This document shows positions 43,821 to 52,427 of a DNA stretch of 64,000 nt, piece by piece. A program made the position numbers and the translations under genes. The notes below the pieces were generated by a model. It ran no database searches. It had not been told where the DNA came from and saw nothing but the letters and a program-made list of their open reading frames with translations. Position 1 is the first letter of the stretch, and the number at the start of each line of letters is the position of its first letter. The stretch covers positions 18,731-82,730 of the forward strand of contig CAXGWC010000004.1 of assembly GCA_964013425.1 (NCBI GenBank), written 5' to 3'. Source of the stretch: an uncultured Candidatus Poseidoniales archaeon. GTDB lineage: Archaea > Thermoplasmatota > Poseidoniia > Poseidoniales > Thalassarchaeaceae.

Positions 43821-46228
43821 TGCCAGTTCTCCCTTATGTCCGAGTAAACAGTTATTCTCGATTCCTCGGGAACGACCCAGACAACTGCTACATAACCGGG
43901 CTCCGTGATGCTCAGTGTGATATTGGCATCTGAGTATGCTGATATTGAGTCGGGGGCCTGGATGTCCCACAATTCTCCAGGAGGGCCCGATGCAGAGACG
44001 AATATTGGAAGAGTCTCATTCTGAAGATTGCTGATATGTATGAAACTCGAGCCGAAAAACGAAGACCCGTTTCTCAATCCTCCGGGGGATACCCACAGTT
44101 CTGGTCCGTTAGATATCAAAAAGGAAGAGACCATTGTATTAGCATCGCATACTACTAGCCATCCGCCTTCTTGAACGACTAATGAGCCGTTTCCTGTATA
44201 TTCATCGGGTAGTTCGATGAAGGAGTAGTCACCCATCGTCCTATTCCAACTAATGTTGGGGTCAACTTCTGGGAAGTCGGTTTGCGTTGGACAGAAAGGG
44301 GCGGTGGACTCAACGAGTCCTACTGAGTGCCCAGAAAATATCTGAGGTATCTTGAGTGTACCTTCCATTGAGTTAACTAGCGGGGAGGTCTTCTCGATTG
44401 GAGTCCTCCAGGAGCTGGTGTTTCCATCATCCCACGTGATTGTTAAGAGGGGTCCGAGGTGCCTCCCTAAATAGTCTGAAGGACCACTAATTGACGCCCC
44501 ATTTACCCCCAAAAGACAGATCTGATTATTTCCTTGAGCGATAGCAGAATCATTGAGTGGAGACCATCTGGGGTTTGAGATTGAGACATTTCCCGAGGAC
44601 TCATCTTCAATGATGAAGTTAGTACAGATTACCGGCTCTTGGAGAGTTCCCGTGAGCTCCCAGACGGCTCTGTCCTGATACCTTCTCGTATCCGGGATTA
44701 TAGTAATCACATGTTCCTCATAGTGCCCTGAAATTTCCGAGAAGATTCTGATATTGGCGGTTCTATTATCCAGTAAAACTGAGTTTTCCGCTGATATGGT
44801 GACATTTATGAGACCATTTTCATACTGTGTGACTCCATCAATTCTGCATGTTTGAGAATCATAGTTACAGTCAGAATCAAGAACAAGTCGCGTTTCTGTT
44901 CCTTCGATTCTGAATTGTACCCAACCAGATACTGGCATTACTCCATCTGGGGATATCTGCAGAGGAATTATGGTATCCTCTCCCACGGAGTATCTGACCT
45001 CGTCTGGCCATTCAGAGGTCTCGATCCCCTCGTCCCATTCTGAGATTCCATAAGCCCCGTCTATTCCGGGGAATGCCACTACAAGTATGAAAATCATAAG
45101 TGCCAGTATTTGATTCCTGGAAATATCGTCCAAGCCCTTGGATTCGTCTACAACAAATGGATCTAAGATTGGAGTAGGGCTAAATCTTCTCCAGACTGCT
45201 ATTGTGGCGATTACCAACCATGGAAACCATGGGTCGGCGGAAAAAACGAGAACCATGAAAAATAGTGTAGAAGCGAAAATCAGAGTTTGCTTCTCATCTG
45301 AAAGAAGGTCCTCTGGACCCATTATTGCATGGAGAAGATGGTCCCCCGGGAAACCTGGGACTGGTAACAGCATTATCCACGAGACTGTACAAAGTCCAAG
45401 ACCTGCAATCGCCAGCGGATCTAGCCACTGGAGTTTTATGTCCAAATTCTCTATTATGCCTAAAAATTGAAACATCTCTAGGATGGAGTTGCCACTCAAT
45501 ACCATCGGGGGGGAGTTCAGAGGAGGGGGCTGAGTAGAAGTGATTGATACCCCCACTATGGTCATTATGATGCCTGAAAGGAACAAAACCAATGGTGAAG
45601 TAACCTCTATCAGACCTAACGCCTTTCTGTTGGGAATGGGGACCTGATCAGACCTCCTTTGTGAGATGAACCCTGCTATTCCGAACGGCCATACAGGTTC
45701 GGAGATAGGGAAGGCCAGAGGGGTCAATTGGCCAATGGAAACTCCATATCTTAACGCAACTCTTCTTCTCGCCTCACTGGCAAGTAATATTGTGATTGCT
45801 AACGGAATTGAGAATCTTGCGCATGAATCAGCAATGATTGGAATGCCAAAACTTAGTTCAGGATCATTCCTTAACAATAGCCCAGTACCTGCCACTGTCA
45901 TGAATGAGAACATAGTTATCCAGATTACTACCTGTTGCCAGCGAGGCATTACGAATACGCCTGTAGGTAGTTCTACGACGCTCATAACAGGTGGGTTTCC
46001 CCTATCCAGGAGGCCTATCATTCCTAACTTCTCAAGGTGTGAATTCATGTCCAGTAGGCATTCACTCACGGACTTCCCATCAATCCCATTTACTCTCCAA
46101 GAGTATTCCCCTGACTCGACTTCACCAAGGACAAAATACCTAGATGAAATGACTTGTATTAAGTCCCTCTTGCTCCAAGTCTCAGTATCGATTTCGAGCC
46201 TTTCTGGCTCCGACTCTGAAGCTGTCAC
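43817..46228 (-). CDS. M50 (site-2 protease)-like polytopic membrane protein lacking HExxH, fused to a C-terminal ectodomain of about 400 aa
   Basis: FSIPLAITILLASEARRRVALRYGVSIG...PFGIAGFISQRRSDQVPIPNRKALGLIEVTSPLVLF...MLLPVPGFPGDHLLH is collinear with archaeal M50 proteins as I recall them (HEfGHyxaARrhGV ... G.fGavI....piP.R.alfdIg.aGPlaGf ... NLLPxxxLDGGH). SEARR occupies the HExxH position (45764-45778). Confidence 0.65.
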   Translation of the reverse strand: MTASESEPERLEIDTETWSKRDLIQVISSRYFVLGEVESGEYSWRVNGIDGKSVSECLLDMNSHLEKLGMIGLLDRGNPPVMSVVELPTGVFVMPRWQQVVIWITMFSFMTVAGTGLLLRNDPELSFGIPIIADSCARFSIPLAITILLASEARRRVALRYGVSIGQLTPLAFPISEPVWPFGIAGFISQRRSDQVPIPNRKALGLIEVTSPLVLFLSGIIMTIVGVSITSTQPPPLNSPPMVLSGNSILEMFQFLGIIENLDIKLQWLDPLAIAGLGLCTVSWIMLLPVPGFPGDHLLHAIMGPEDLLSDEKQTLIFASTLFFMVLVFSADPWFPWLVIATIAVWRRFSPTPILDPFVVDESKGLDDISRNQILALMIFILVVAFPGIDGAYGISEWDEGIETSEWPDEVRYSVGEDTIIPLQISPDGVMPVSGWVQFRIEGTETRLVLDSDCNYDSQTCRIDGVTQYENGLINVTISAENSVLLDNRTANIRIFSEISGHYEEHVITIIPDTRRYQDRAVWELTGTLQEPVICTNFIIEDESSGNVSISNPRWSPLNDSAIAQGNNQICLLGVNGASISGPSDYLGRHLGPLLTITWDDGNTSSWRTPIEKTSPLVNSMEGTLKIPQIFSGHSVGLVESTAPFCPTQTDFPEVDPNISWNRTMGDYSFIELPDEYTGNGSLVVQEGGWLVVCDANTMVSSFLISNGPELWVSPGGLRNGSSFFGSSFIHISNLQNETLPIFVSASGPPGELWDIQAPDSISAYSDANITLSITEPGYVAVVWVVPEESRITVYSDIRENWQ

Positions 46229-46281
46229 GGCTAATGCAAGAGGAGGTATGATTTTACCCCTCGCTTCGGGAGTTCTTGCGT

Positions 46282-46899
46282 CTACTTGTTCTTGAAGCGC
46301 TTGAGTCGAAAGGTTTCCTCTCTTTCCATCTCTTCAAGTCTGAGCTGTATGAAAGTCTGCGCCTCCTTCATCTCAGGGATTACTTTGAACTCAAGAGCAT
46401 TGACTCTACGTTTTGTAGCCTCGATCTCTTCTAGTAGCCTCTTTAGTGTGGCCTCCATCTCCGCCGCTTTGACGACCTTCTCAATCAGAAGTGAGTAAGA
46501 GTCTGCTGCCTCATCGATATAAGGGGAGCCCCCTATGAGTCCCAAGCCTCTATCCTCTGTAGAAAGTTTGAGATTTTCACCGTCCACCTTCGGTACCACG
46601 ACTCCCATAATATTCCTGCGAGAAACACTGACTTCTGGTCTCTTGGATGCTGCTATAGCCGCACTCTTGACTGAAAGCCCGCCCTCGATTGAAGATGCTA
46701 AGCTGATTGCCTGAAGCGCATCCCTGTAAGTTCCGACAAGTTCCTCCCTAGCTGAAATCATCTCAGACAGTAGAGTTCTGAATTCATGAAACAGGCCGTC
46801 CCTTTTCATTTTTAGAAGATTGTACCCACTACTAGTCTGCTTAATGCGTCGCTTTAGATTGATCAACTCGGACCTAGTTGGCTTTATGTCCAGAGCCAT
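46282..46899 (-). CDS. atpD: A-type ATP synthase subunit D
   Basis: MALDIKPTRSELINLKRRIKQTSSGYNLLKMKRDGL, and position as the last gene of the operon. Confidence 0.92.
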   Translation of the reverse strand: MALDIKPTRSELINLKRRIKQTSSGYNLLKMKRDGLFHEFRTLLSEMISAREELVGTYRDALQAISLASSIEGGLSVKSAAIAASKRPEVSVSRRNIMGVVVPKVDGENLKLSTEDRGLGLIGGSPYIDEAADSYSLLIEKVVKAAEMEATLKRLLEEIEATKRRVNALEFKVIPEMKEAQTFIQLRLEEMEREETFRLKRFKNK

Positions 46900-46914
46900 A
46901 CTATAACCTCAGAA

Positions 46915-48312
46915 TTACTCCTCTTCCTTTCCTGACTTCTCATGTGGATGATACTTATCTATCCACTTTTGATCCAGTCTGACGAGGTACTTGGTATCGA
47001 TGTTAGACAGTAGATTCCAGGCTAGGTCTAGAGTTCCCTCACTGATCGACCTGTCCTCATCCCTACTCTGCCTTAGGAATTGATCCTCGAATATATCTGC
47101 GAATTTCAGAAGTTGGAGATCACGCTCGTTGAGTGCATCTTCACCGACAATTGCCACCAGTCCCCTGAGCTCTTTCCCTTGAGCATAGGCGGCGTATAGT
47201 TGGTCGGAGACAGACTTGTGATCCTCTCTGGTCTTACCGTCTCCTATTCCAGCATTCATCAGCCTACTCAAAGACGGGAGTACATTGATCGGGGGGTATA
47301 TGCCTTTCTGATGAAGCTCTCTCGAAATAACAATCTGCCCCTCTGTGATATATCCTGAAAGATCAGGTATTGGGTGAGTAATATCGTCACCAGGCATAGT
47401 CAAAATCGGGAATTGGGTTATAGAGCCTTTCTTGCCCTTCACCAATCCAGCTCTTTCGTACAGCATGGCAAGATCAGTATACATGTAGCCAGGGTAACCT
47501 CTCCTTCCGGGAACCTCTTCCCTGGCAGCTCCAATTTGTCTAAGAGACTCACAGTAATTGGTCATGTCGGTGTATATCACCAGAACGTGATAATCATGCT
47601 CAAATGCGAGATACTCAGCAGCAGTTAAGGCTAGTCTTGGGGTAATCAATCTCTCCACGGCGGGGTCATCGGCTAGATTGACGAAGAGCGCGGAATTCTC
47701 AAGAGCACCGGTTCTCTCCAGATCATGAACGAAGAAGTTGTATTCCTCCGCGGTAATTCCCATTGCGCAAAAGACAACCACGAAATCATCATCGCTTCCA
47801 ACCAGCTTGGCCTGACGGGCAATCTGCAGAGCGATGTCATTGTGAGGGAGACCACTGGCGCTGAAGATAGGCAGCTTCTGTCCCCTGACCAGAGATGTAC
47901 ATGCATCAATTGCAGAAATTCCGGTCTGGATAAATGACTCAGGACTCTGGCGCGAATATGGATTAATGGCTGCACCGATGATATCTGCCATATCGTCGGC
48001 GACGATGTCCGGTCCACCATCCCTGGGCCTTCCTGCGCCGTCCAAGATTCTTCCAATCAGTCCCTTGCTAACAGGTAGCTTGAAGACGTCTCCAAGGAAC
48101 TTGACGCCGGTCTGTCTATCGACAGATGCGGTGCCCTCGAAAACTTGCACGATTACCTGATCGTCGGACGTATCCAACACCTGGCCATTCTTGATTGAAC
48201 CATCGCTCAGCATTAGCTGGACGATTTCACCGTATGAAACTGGTTCAGTCTTGTTTAGGAAAACCAATGGTCCCTTGACGTCTGTAATGGTTCTGTATTC
48301 TTTTCCACTCAT
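46915..48312 (-). CDS. atpB: A-type ATP synthase subunit B
   Basis: 465 aa. Contains [28 protein letters not shown] and [15 protein letters not shown]. Confidence 0.95.
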   Translation of the reverse strand: MSGKEYRTITDVKGPLVFLNKTEPVSYGEIVQLMLSDGSIKNGQVLDTSDDQVIVQVFEGTASVDRQTGVKFLGDVFKLPVSKGLIGRILDGAGRPRDGGPDIVADDMADIIGAAINPYSRQSPESFIQTGISAIDACTSLVRGQKLPIFSASGLPHNDIALQIARQAKLVGSDDDFVVVFCAMGITAEEYNFFVHDLERTGALENSALFVNLADDPAVERLITPRLALTAAEYLAFEHDYHVLVIYTDMTNYCESLRQIGAAREEVPGRRGYPGYMYTDLAMLYERAGLVKGKKGSITQFPILTMPGDDITHPIPDLSGYITEGQIVISRELHQKGIYPPINVLPSLSRLMNAGIGDGKTREDHKSVSDQLYAAYAQGKELRGLVAIVGEDALNERDLQLLKFADIFEDQFLRQSRDEDRSISEGTLDLAWNLLSNIDTKYLVRLDQKWIDKYHPHEKSGKEEE

Positions 48313-48323
48313 GTTATCACCTC

Positions 48324-50066
48324 TCAGTTAGCCTCCATACTAGCATCAATCTGCTTACTCATCTCGCTTACAAGATCGTTGATTCTTTCTGCATATCCTT
48401 TCTCGAACCTGCCTCTCATGAGATCGGTCCTTGCTGGTACGTTGACCACATCTTCCAATTGTCCACCGCCAGCGATTGCTTTCTTGGCTTCTTCCTGGAA
48501 AGTTAGGATGGCTTTTGCCATGTGGTACTGGAGATCAAGATCGCTGAATGTATCAACGTCGTGGAATGCATTCTGCTGAAGGAAGAACTCCCTAATCATC
48601 CTAGCAACCTCGAGGGTTAGTTGCTGATCGATTGGAAGGGCATCTGAACCTACTAGTTGGACGATTTCCTGAAGCTCCGACTCGATTTGCAACAAAGTAC
48701 TGATTTCAGTTCTAACTTCGGGGAAGTCAGAAGCGATGTTGTCCCTATACCATTGGTCTAGAGCTTGCGGGTACAGGCTGTATGAATTTAGCCAATTAAT
48801 TGCAGGGAAGTGCCTCTGCCTTGCTAGACCTGCATCTAGGCCCCAGAAAACCTTCACTATCCTCAGTGTACCTTGACTAACAGGCTCGGAAATATCTCCG
48901 CCAGGAGGCGAAACGGCTCCGATAACCGAAACAGAACCATCTGACCCTGCAAGAGTCTGAACTCTTCCTGCTCTCTCATAGAACTCAGCCAATCTGCTTG
49001 ATAGGTATGCAGGGTATCCTTCTTCCCCAGGCATTTCTTCTAGCCTAGACGAAATTTCCCTCATTGCCTCGGCCCACCTACTTGTGGAGTCAGCCATTAG
49101 TGCTACATTGTAGCCCATGTCTCTGAAATATTCGGCGATTGTAATTCCTGTGTAAACAGAGGCCTCTCTAGCCGCCACAGGCATATTGGAAGTATTTGCT
49201 ATCATGACAGTTCTATTCATCAGAGGTTTGTTCGTATTCGGATCGATGAGATGTGGGAATTCATCCAGAACCTCCGTCATCTCATTTCCTCTCTCGCCAC
49301 AACCAATGTAAACGACAATCTGAGCATCCGACCACTTGGCCAGCTGTTGCTGGGTAACGGTCTTTCCAGATCCGAATGGACCGGGGATTCCTGCAGTCCC
49401 TCCCTTAGCTAGTGGGAACAAGAAATCCAGGATTCTCTGACCTGTAATCAGGGGAACATCCGGGGCATACTTCTGAACGAATGGTCGTGGGTGCCTTACA
49501 GGCCACTCTTGCATCATGGCTATCTCTGAGCCATCTTCCAGGACACATACTGTCTCTTTGATATTGAAAGTACCTGATTTGATACTTTTCACCTTTCCAC
49601 TGACATTAGGAGGGACCATGACGCGGTGCTCTATGGTCTCGGTCTCCTGGACAGTACCGATAACATGCCCGGAACTTACCTCATCTCCTTTGTCAACAGT
49701 TGCTTTGAACTCCCACTCTCTTTCCAAATCCAGACCGTCGGCATCCACACCTCTGGTGATGAATACGCCCATGGTCTCCTCAAGCTTGGGAAGAGGCCGT
49801 TGTATTCCATCGTAGATCTGGGTTAGTAGACCCGGGCCCAATTGCACCGAGAGGGTCTGTCCAGTTCTGATAACTGGCTCCCCTGGACTTATCCCAGACG
49901 TCTCTTCGTAAACTTGGATAACGGATTGATCCCCATGCAACTCAATCACCTCTCCCATGAGTCCCTCATCGCCAACCCTGACGACCTCATACATTCTTGG
50001 CGATATTCCTACTGCTGTCACAACTGGTCCGGAAATCCGGTAGATTAGTCCATTCTCATTACTCAT
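48324..50066 (-). CDS. atpA: A-type ATP synthase catalytic subunit A
   Basis: 580 aa. Walker A is GPFGSGKTV. Also [11 protein letters not shown] and [15 protein letters not shown]. No intein insertion. Confidence 0.96.
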   Translation of the reverse strand: MSNENGLIYRISGPVVTAVGISPRMYEVVRVGDEGLMGEVIELHGDQSVIQVYEETSGISPGEPVIRTGQTLSVQLGPGLLTQIYDGIQRPLPKLEETMGVFITRGVDADGLDLEREWEFKATVDKGDEVSSGHVIGTVQETETIEHRVMVPPNVSGKVKSIKSGTFNIKETVCVLEDGSEIAMMQEWPVRHPRPFVQKYAPDVPLITGQRILDFLFPLAKGGTAGIPGPFGSGKTVTQQQLAKWSDAQIVVYIGCGERGNEMTEVLDEFPHLIDPNTNKPLMNRTVMIANTSNMPVAAREASVYTGITIAEYFRDMGYNVALMADSTSRWAEAMREISSRLEEMPGEEGYPAYLSSRLAEFYERAGRVQTLAGSDGSVSVIGAVSPPGGDISEPVSQGTLRIVKVFWGLDAGLARQRHFPAINWLNSYSLYPQALDQWYRDNIASDFPEVRTEISTLLQIESELQEIVQLVGSDALPIDQQLTLEVARMIREFFLQQNAFHDVDTFSDLDLQYHMAKAILTFQEEAKKAIAGGGQLEDVVNVPARTDLMRGRFEKGYAERINDLVSEMSKQIDASMEAN

Positions 50067-50090
50067 TTATTTTCACTTCCTGTTAATTGC

Positions 50091-50399
50091 TTACTTCCAA
50101 AGGTCCACACCTAAAGCAGACTTGATGGACTCTCGAAGAGTGTTATCTTCTTGGGTCCCTATCCCCAAAACTGTTGGAGTGACACTTTCCGTCAACTGCA
50201 AGCGGAGTCTATCGGAAAGTTTGTTGAGATCTTCGTTATCTACCACTACAACCCCGATCTCGTCTTGGTTGAGTAGTGATTTGAGGAGCTCAGAAAGCTC
50301 TTCATCATTGGACGGATTATGCAGATTCTTCACCCCTGCTAACTGGAATCCGAGTGTGAATTCAAGAGGCCCTACTACTGCAATTTCCATTTTTTTCAC
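50091..50399 (-). CDS. atpF: A-type ATP synthase subunit F
   Basis: 102 aa. MEIAVVGPLEFTLGFQLAGV matches the subunit F pattern, and the operon position fits. Confidence 0.85.
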   Translation of the reverse strand: MKKMEIAVVGPLEFTLGFQLAGVKNLHNPSNDEELSELLKSLLNQDEIGVVVVDNEDLNKLSDRLRLQLTESVTPTVLGIGTQEDNTLRESIKSALGVDLWK

Positions 50400-50401
50400 C
50401 T

Positions 50402-51469
50402 CTAGTAATCCATGTGCGCTTCGATTACATCATCTGGCAGCCCTACTGCTTTACCGCGAACGAGTAGCCTGAGGTTTCGTACCTCGAGTGCCTTGCATTC
50501 GATGTAATGTATGATGGGGAATGGGGAAATTGGACTCAGATGAGAGAACTTCTTCAGAAGAGCATGCCTCTGATGAGACAGCAGTTCTGCGAATGGGTCC
50601 AAAGTACCCATTTCCTCAGATTTTCTCAGAGCCTCGTCAAATCCGGAGTCATTGAAGGAGTTACTTCTTCGAAGAGCTTCCAACAATTCATCATCATTTG
50701 TCGATTGACTGGCCTGTTTCATTACCGATGCATCTATTCTTCCACCTGGAATCACTATGGAGGAGCGTTTTTCCGGGGAAGTGTCCAGCCTAATTGCCCT
50801 GAGCTGATTAATGATGTTTCTATGATCGATTTCCATTCTGAGATATTTCAGTAGCTGGGGTTGCCCCTTTCCTGACTTTACTGCCTTTATGGCGTCAGAA
50901 AAGTACTGAATGTCAAGAGCATTTTCCATTTCTTCAAGGCTTAACTCGCCTTCTAACTTCGATAGGGTCCTTCCCCAAGGGGTTCCAGACATAGAATCTA
51001 CTGCTTCTTGCAATCCTTCTGTAGATCTCACTATAGCTAGCCATGGAGCATTCCTAGAGTTCTCTGGAGGGAGAATCTGACTCTCGATGATCTCGTCAGA
51101 AGCCCCACCGTTTATGGCTCTGAGAACGGTCTTGGCTTTCTCATAGTCGAATCTTTCAACGTAGATTGCTACTAGTGATCTTAGATGCCCGTGACAGAAG
51201 CTCATAACTTGGTGTACGTCGTTGTCCATGTTGTGGAAAAGTGCTGCTTCTACAGCGTCTGCACCTGACATTCTCGAAGCATAGAGGTCCATCTCGGCCC
51301 TGTAACCCAATTCTCCGATACTGGCACCTATTGAGTCAGGACCCTGTTGGAGGAGTTGGCGCATCCTAGTGGAGTCTATCAGCGAGGCCTTCCTTGCCTT
51401 TGCTCTCGCTGAGGCGTTGTACACATTAGAACGCCCGGAACTCACACTAGCCATACCTTCACCTCTCAC
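50402..51469 (-). CDS. atpC: A-type ATP synthase subunit C
   Basis: 355 aa, helical, positioned between subunits E and F. Confidence 0.85.
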   Translation of the reverse strand: MRGEGMASVSSGRSNVYNASARAKARKASLIDSTRMRQLLQQGPDSIGASIGELGYRAEMDLYASRMSGADAVEAALFHNMDNDVHQVMSFCHGHLRSLVAIYVERFDYEKAKTVLRAINGGASDEIIESQILPPENSRNAPWLAIVRSTEGLQEAVDSMSGTPWGRTLSKLEGELSLEEMENALDIQYFSDAIKAVKSGKGQPQLLKYLRMEIDHRNIINQLRAIRLDTSPEKRSSIVIPGGRIDASVMKQASQSTNDDELLEALRRSNSFNDSGFDEALRKSEEMGTLDPFAELLSHQRHALLKKFSHLSPISPFPIIHYIECKALEVRNLRLLVRGKAVGLPDDVIEAHMDY

Positions 51470-52023
51470 TCTCCGAATAGTGCTTTATTGACTGGCCCTA
51501 GATTAGCCTTCCATGCATCTTCTAGGAGGCTATCGAACCTGTAGTCCAAGACTACCGATCCGTCCTTGGACTCGAGTACAAAACCACCGAGTCCTTCTAT
51601 GTCGTCCCCGAGAGTGAACTCAGATGACGAAAGTGCCTTTCTGTCTATTTTTACAGGCCTCATTACCATGTCTGATCCGGAGGAGCTAGCCTCCTTGACA
51701 AGAGACTGGATAATCTCATTCCTTCCTTCCAGGTCGGGTGATGAAACTCTATCTTTCACCGACTCCCATGTCATGTCTAGTTCTTCTCGTCGGGCGACAA
51801 GAGCTCTCTTTTGGTTGGCCTGCCTAGCTGCGGCGACCACTTCGATAGAAATCTGCTTGCTGTCCTTAGAAGCACGAGCCTCTACATCTGCGGCTGCTGA
51901 GGCCGCCTCGCTCTTGGCTAGGTCCTTGATCTTCTTAGCTTCGGCTTTGGCATTGTCGATTATCTGCTTAGCCTCGGCTTCAGCTTGCATGCTGATTTCA
52001 TTGGATAGGGCATCTAGTGACAT
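51466..52023 (-). CDS. atpE: A-type ATP synthase subunit E
   Basis: 185 aa. The N-terminal Ala/Lys/Glu-rich helix (EAEAKQIIDNAKAEAKKIKD) is typical of the peripheral stalk. Confidence 0.85.
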   Translation of the reverse strand: MSLDALSNEISMQAEAEAKQIIDNAKAEAKKIKDLAKSEAASAAADVEARASKDSKQISIEVVAAARQANQKRALVARREELDMTWESVKDRVSSPDLEGRNEIIQSLVKEASSSGSDMVMRPVKIDRKALSSSEFTLGDDIEGLGGFVLESKDGSVVLDYRFDSLLEDAWKANLGPVNKALFGE

Positions 52024-52063
52024 TTTCTTACCTCAATTATAGAATTCTCGATTCCAGTTCCGC

Positions 52064-52402
52064 TTAGAGCAGGAACAGTGCTAGGAAACCGAAAAGTACG
52101 ATTGTCTCAGGTAGAGCAGTGAAGATTAGTCCGCTAACGAACTTGCTTGAGTCTTCTGATATCATGCCTACGGCGGCAGCTCCGATCGGGCCCTGGCTCA
52201 TACCAGTTCCGATACCGCATAGTCCCAGTGCCAATCCAGCACCAAGCTTCTGCGCATCCCAATGTGCGGCTGCCGTCTGTACATCTCCCTCTTGAGCCGC
52301 GACCACAGATGCAATCATTGCAAACGAGGTCAGCACCATAAGGGAGCTCATTCCTTTAATCATGTTTCTTCTGTTCATATTTTTTCCTCCTTGTGTTTTC
52401 AA
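52064..52402 (-). CDS. atpK: A-type ATP synthase proteolipid subunit K (c), with an N-terminal signal-like extension
   Basis: Hairpin LGAGLALGLCGIGTGMSQGPIGAAAVGMI / FVSGLIFTALPETIVLFGFLALFLL carries the conserved carboxylate in PET. It is preceded by MNRRNMIKGMSSLMVLTSFAMIASVVAAQ. Confidence 0.88.
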   Translation of the reverse strand: MKTQGGKNMNRRNMIKGMSSLMVLTSFAMIASVVAAQEGDVQTAAAHWDAQKLGAGLALGLCGIGTGMSQGPIGAAAVGMISEDSSKFVSGLIFTALPETIVLFGFLALFLL

Positions 52403-52427
52403 GCTAATGCTTGGAATCTGATCTGAT

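Noticed and set aside
48324-50066. Checked atpA, and also atpB, for inteins or frameshifts
   Set aside because: Lengths (580 and 465 aa) and collinearity with canonical A/B subunits leave no room for an intein. The operon atpHIKECFABD looks entirely standard in order and spacing.
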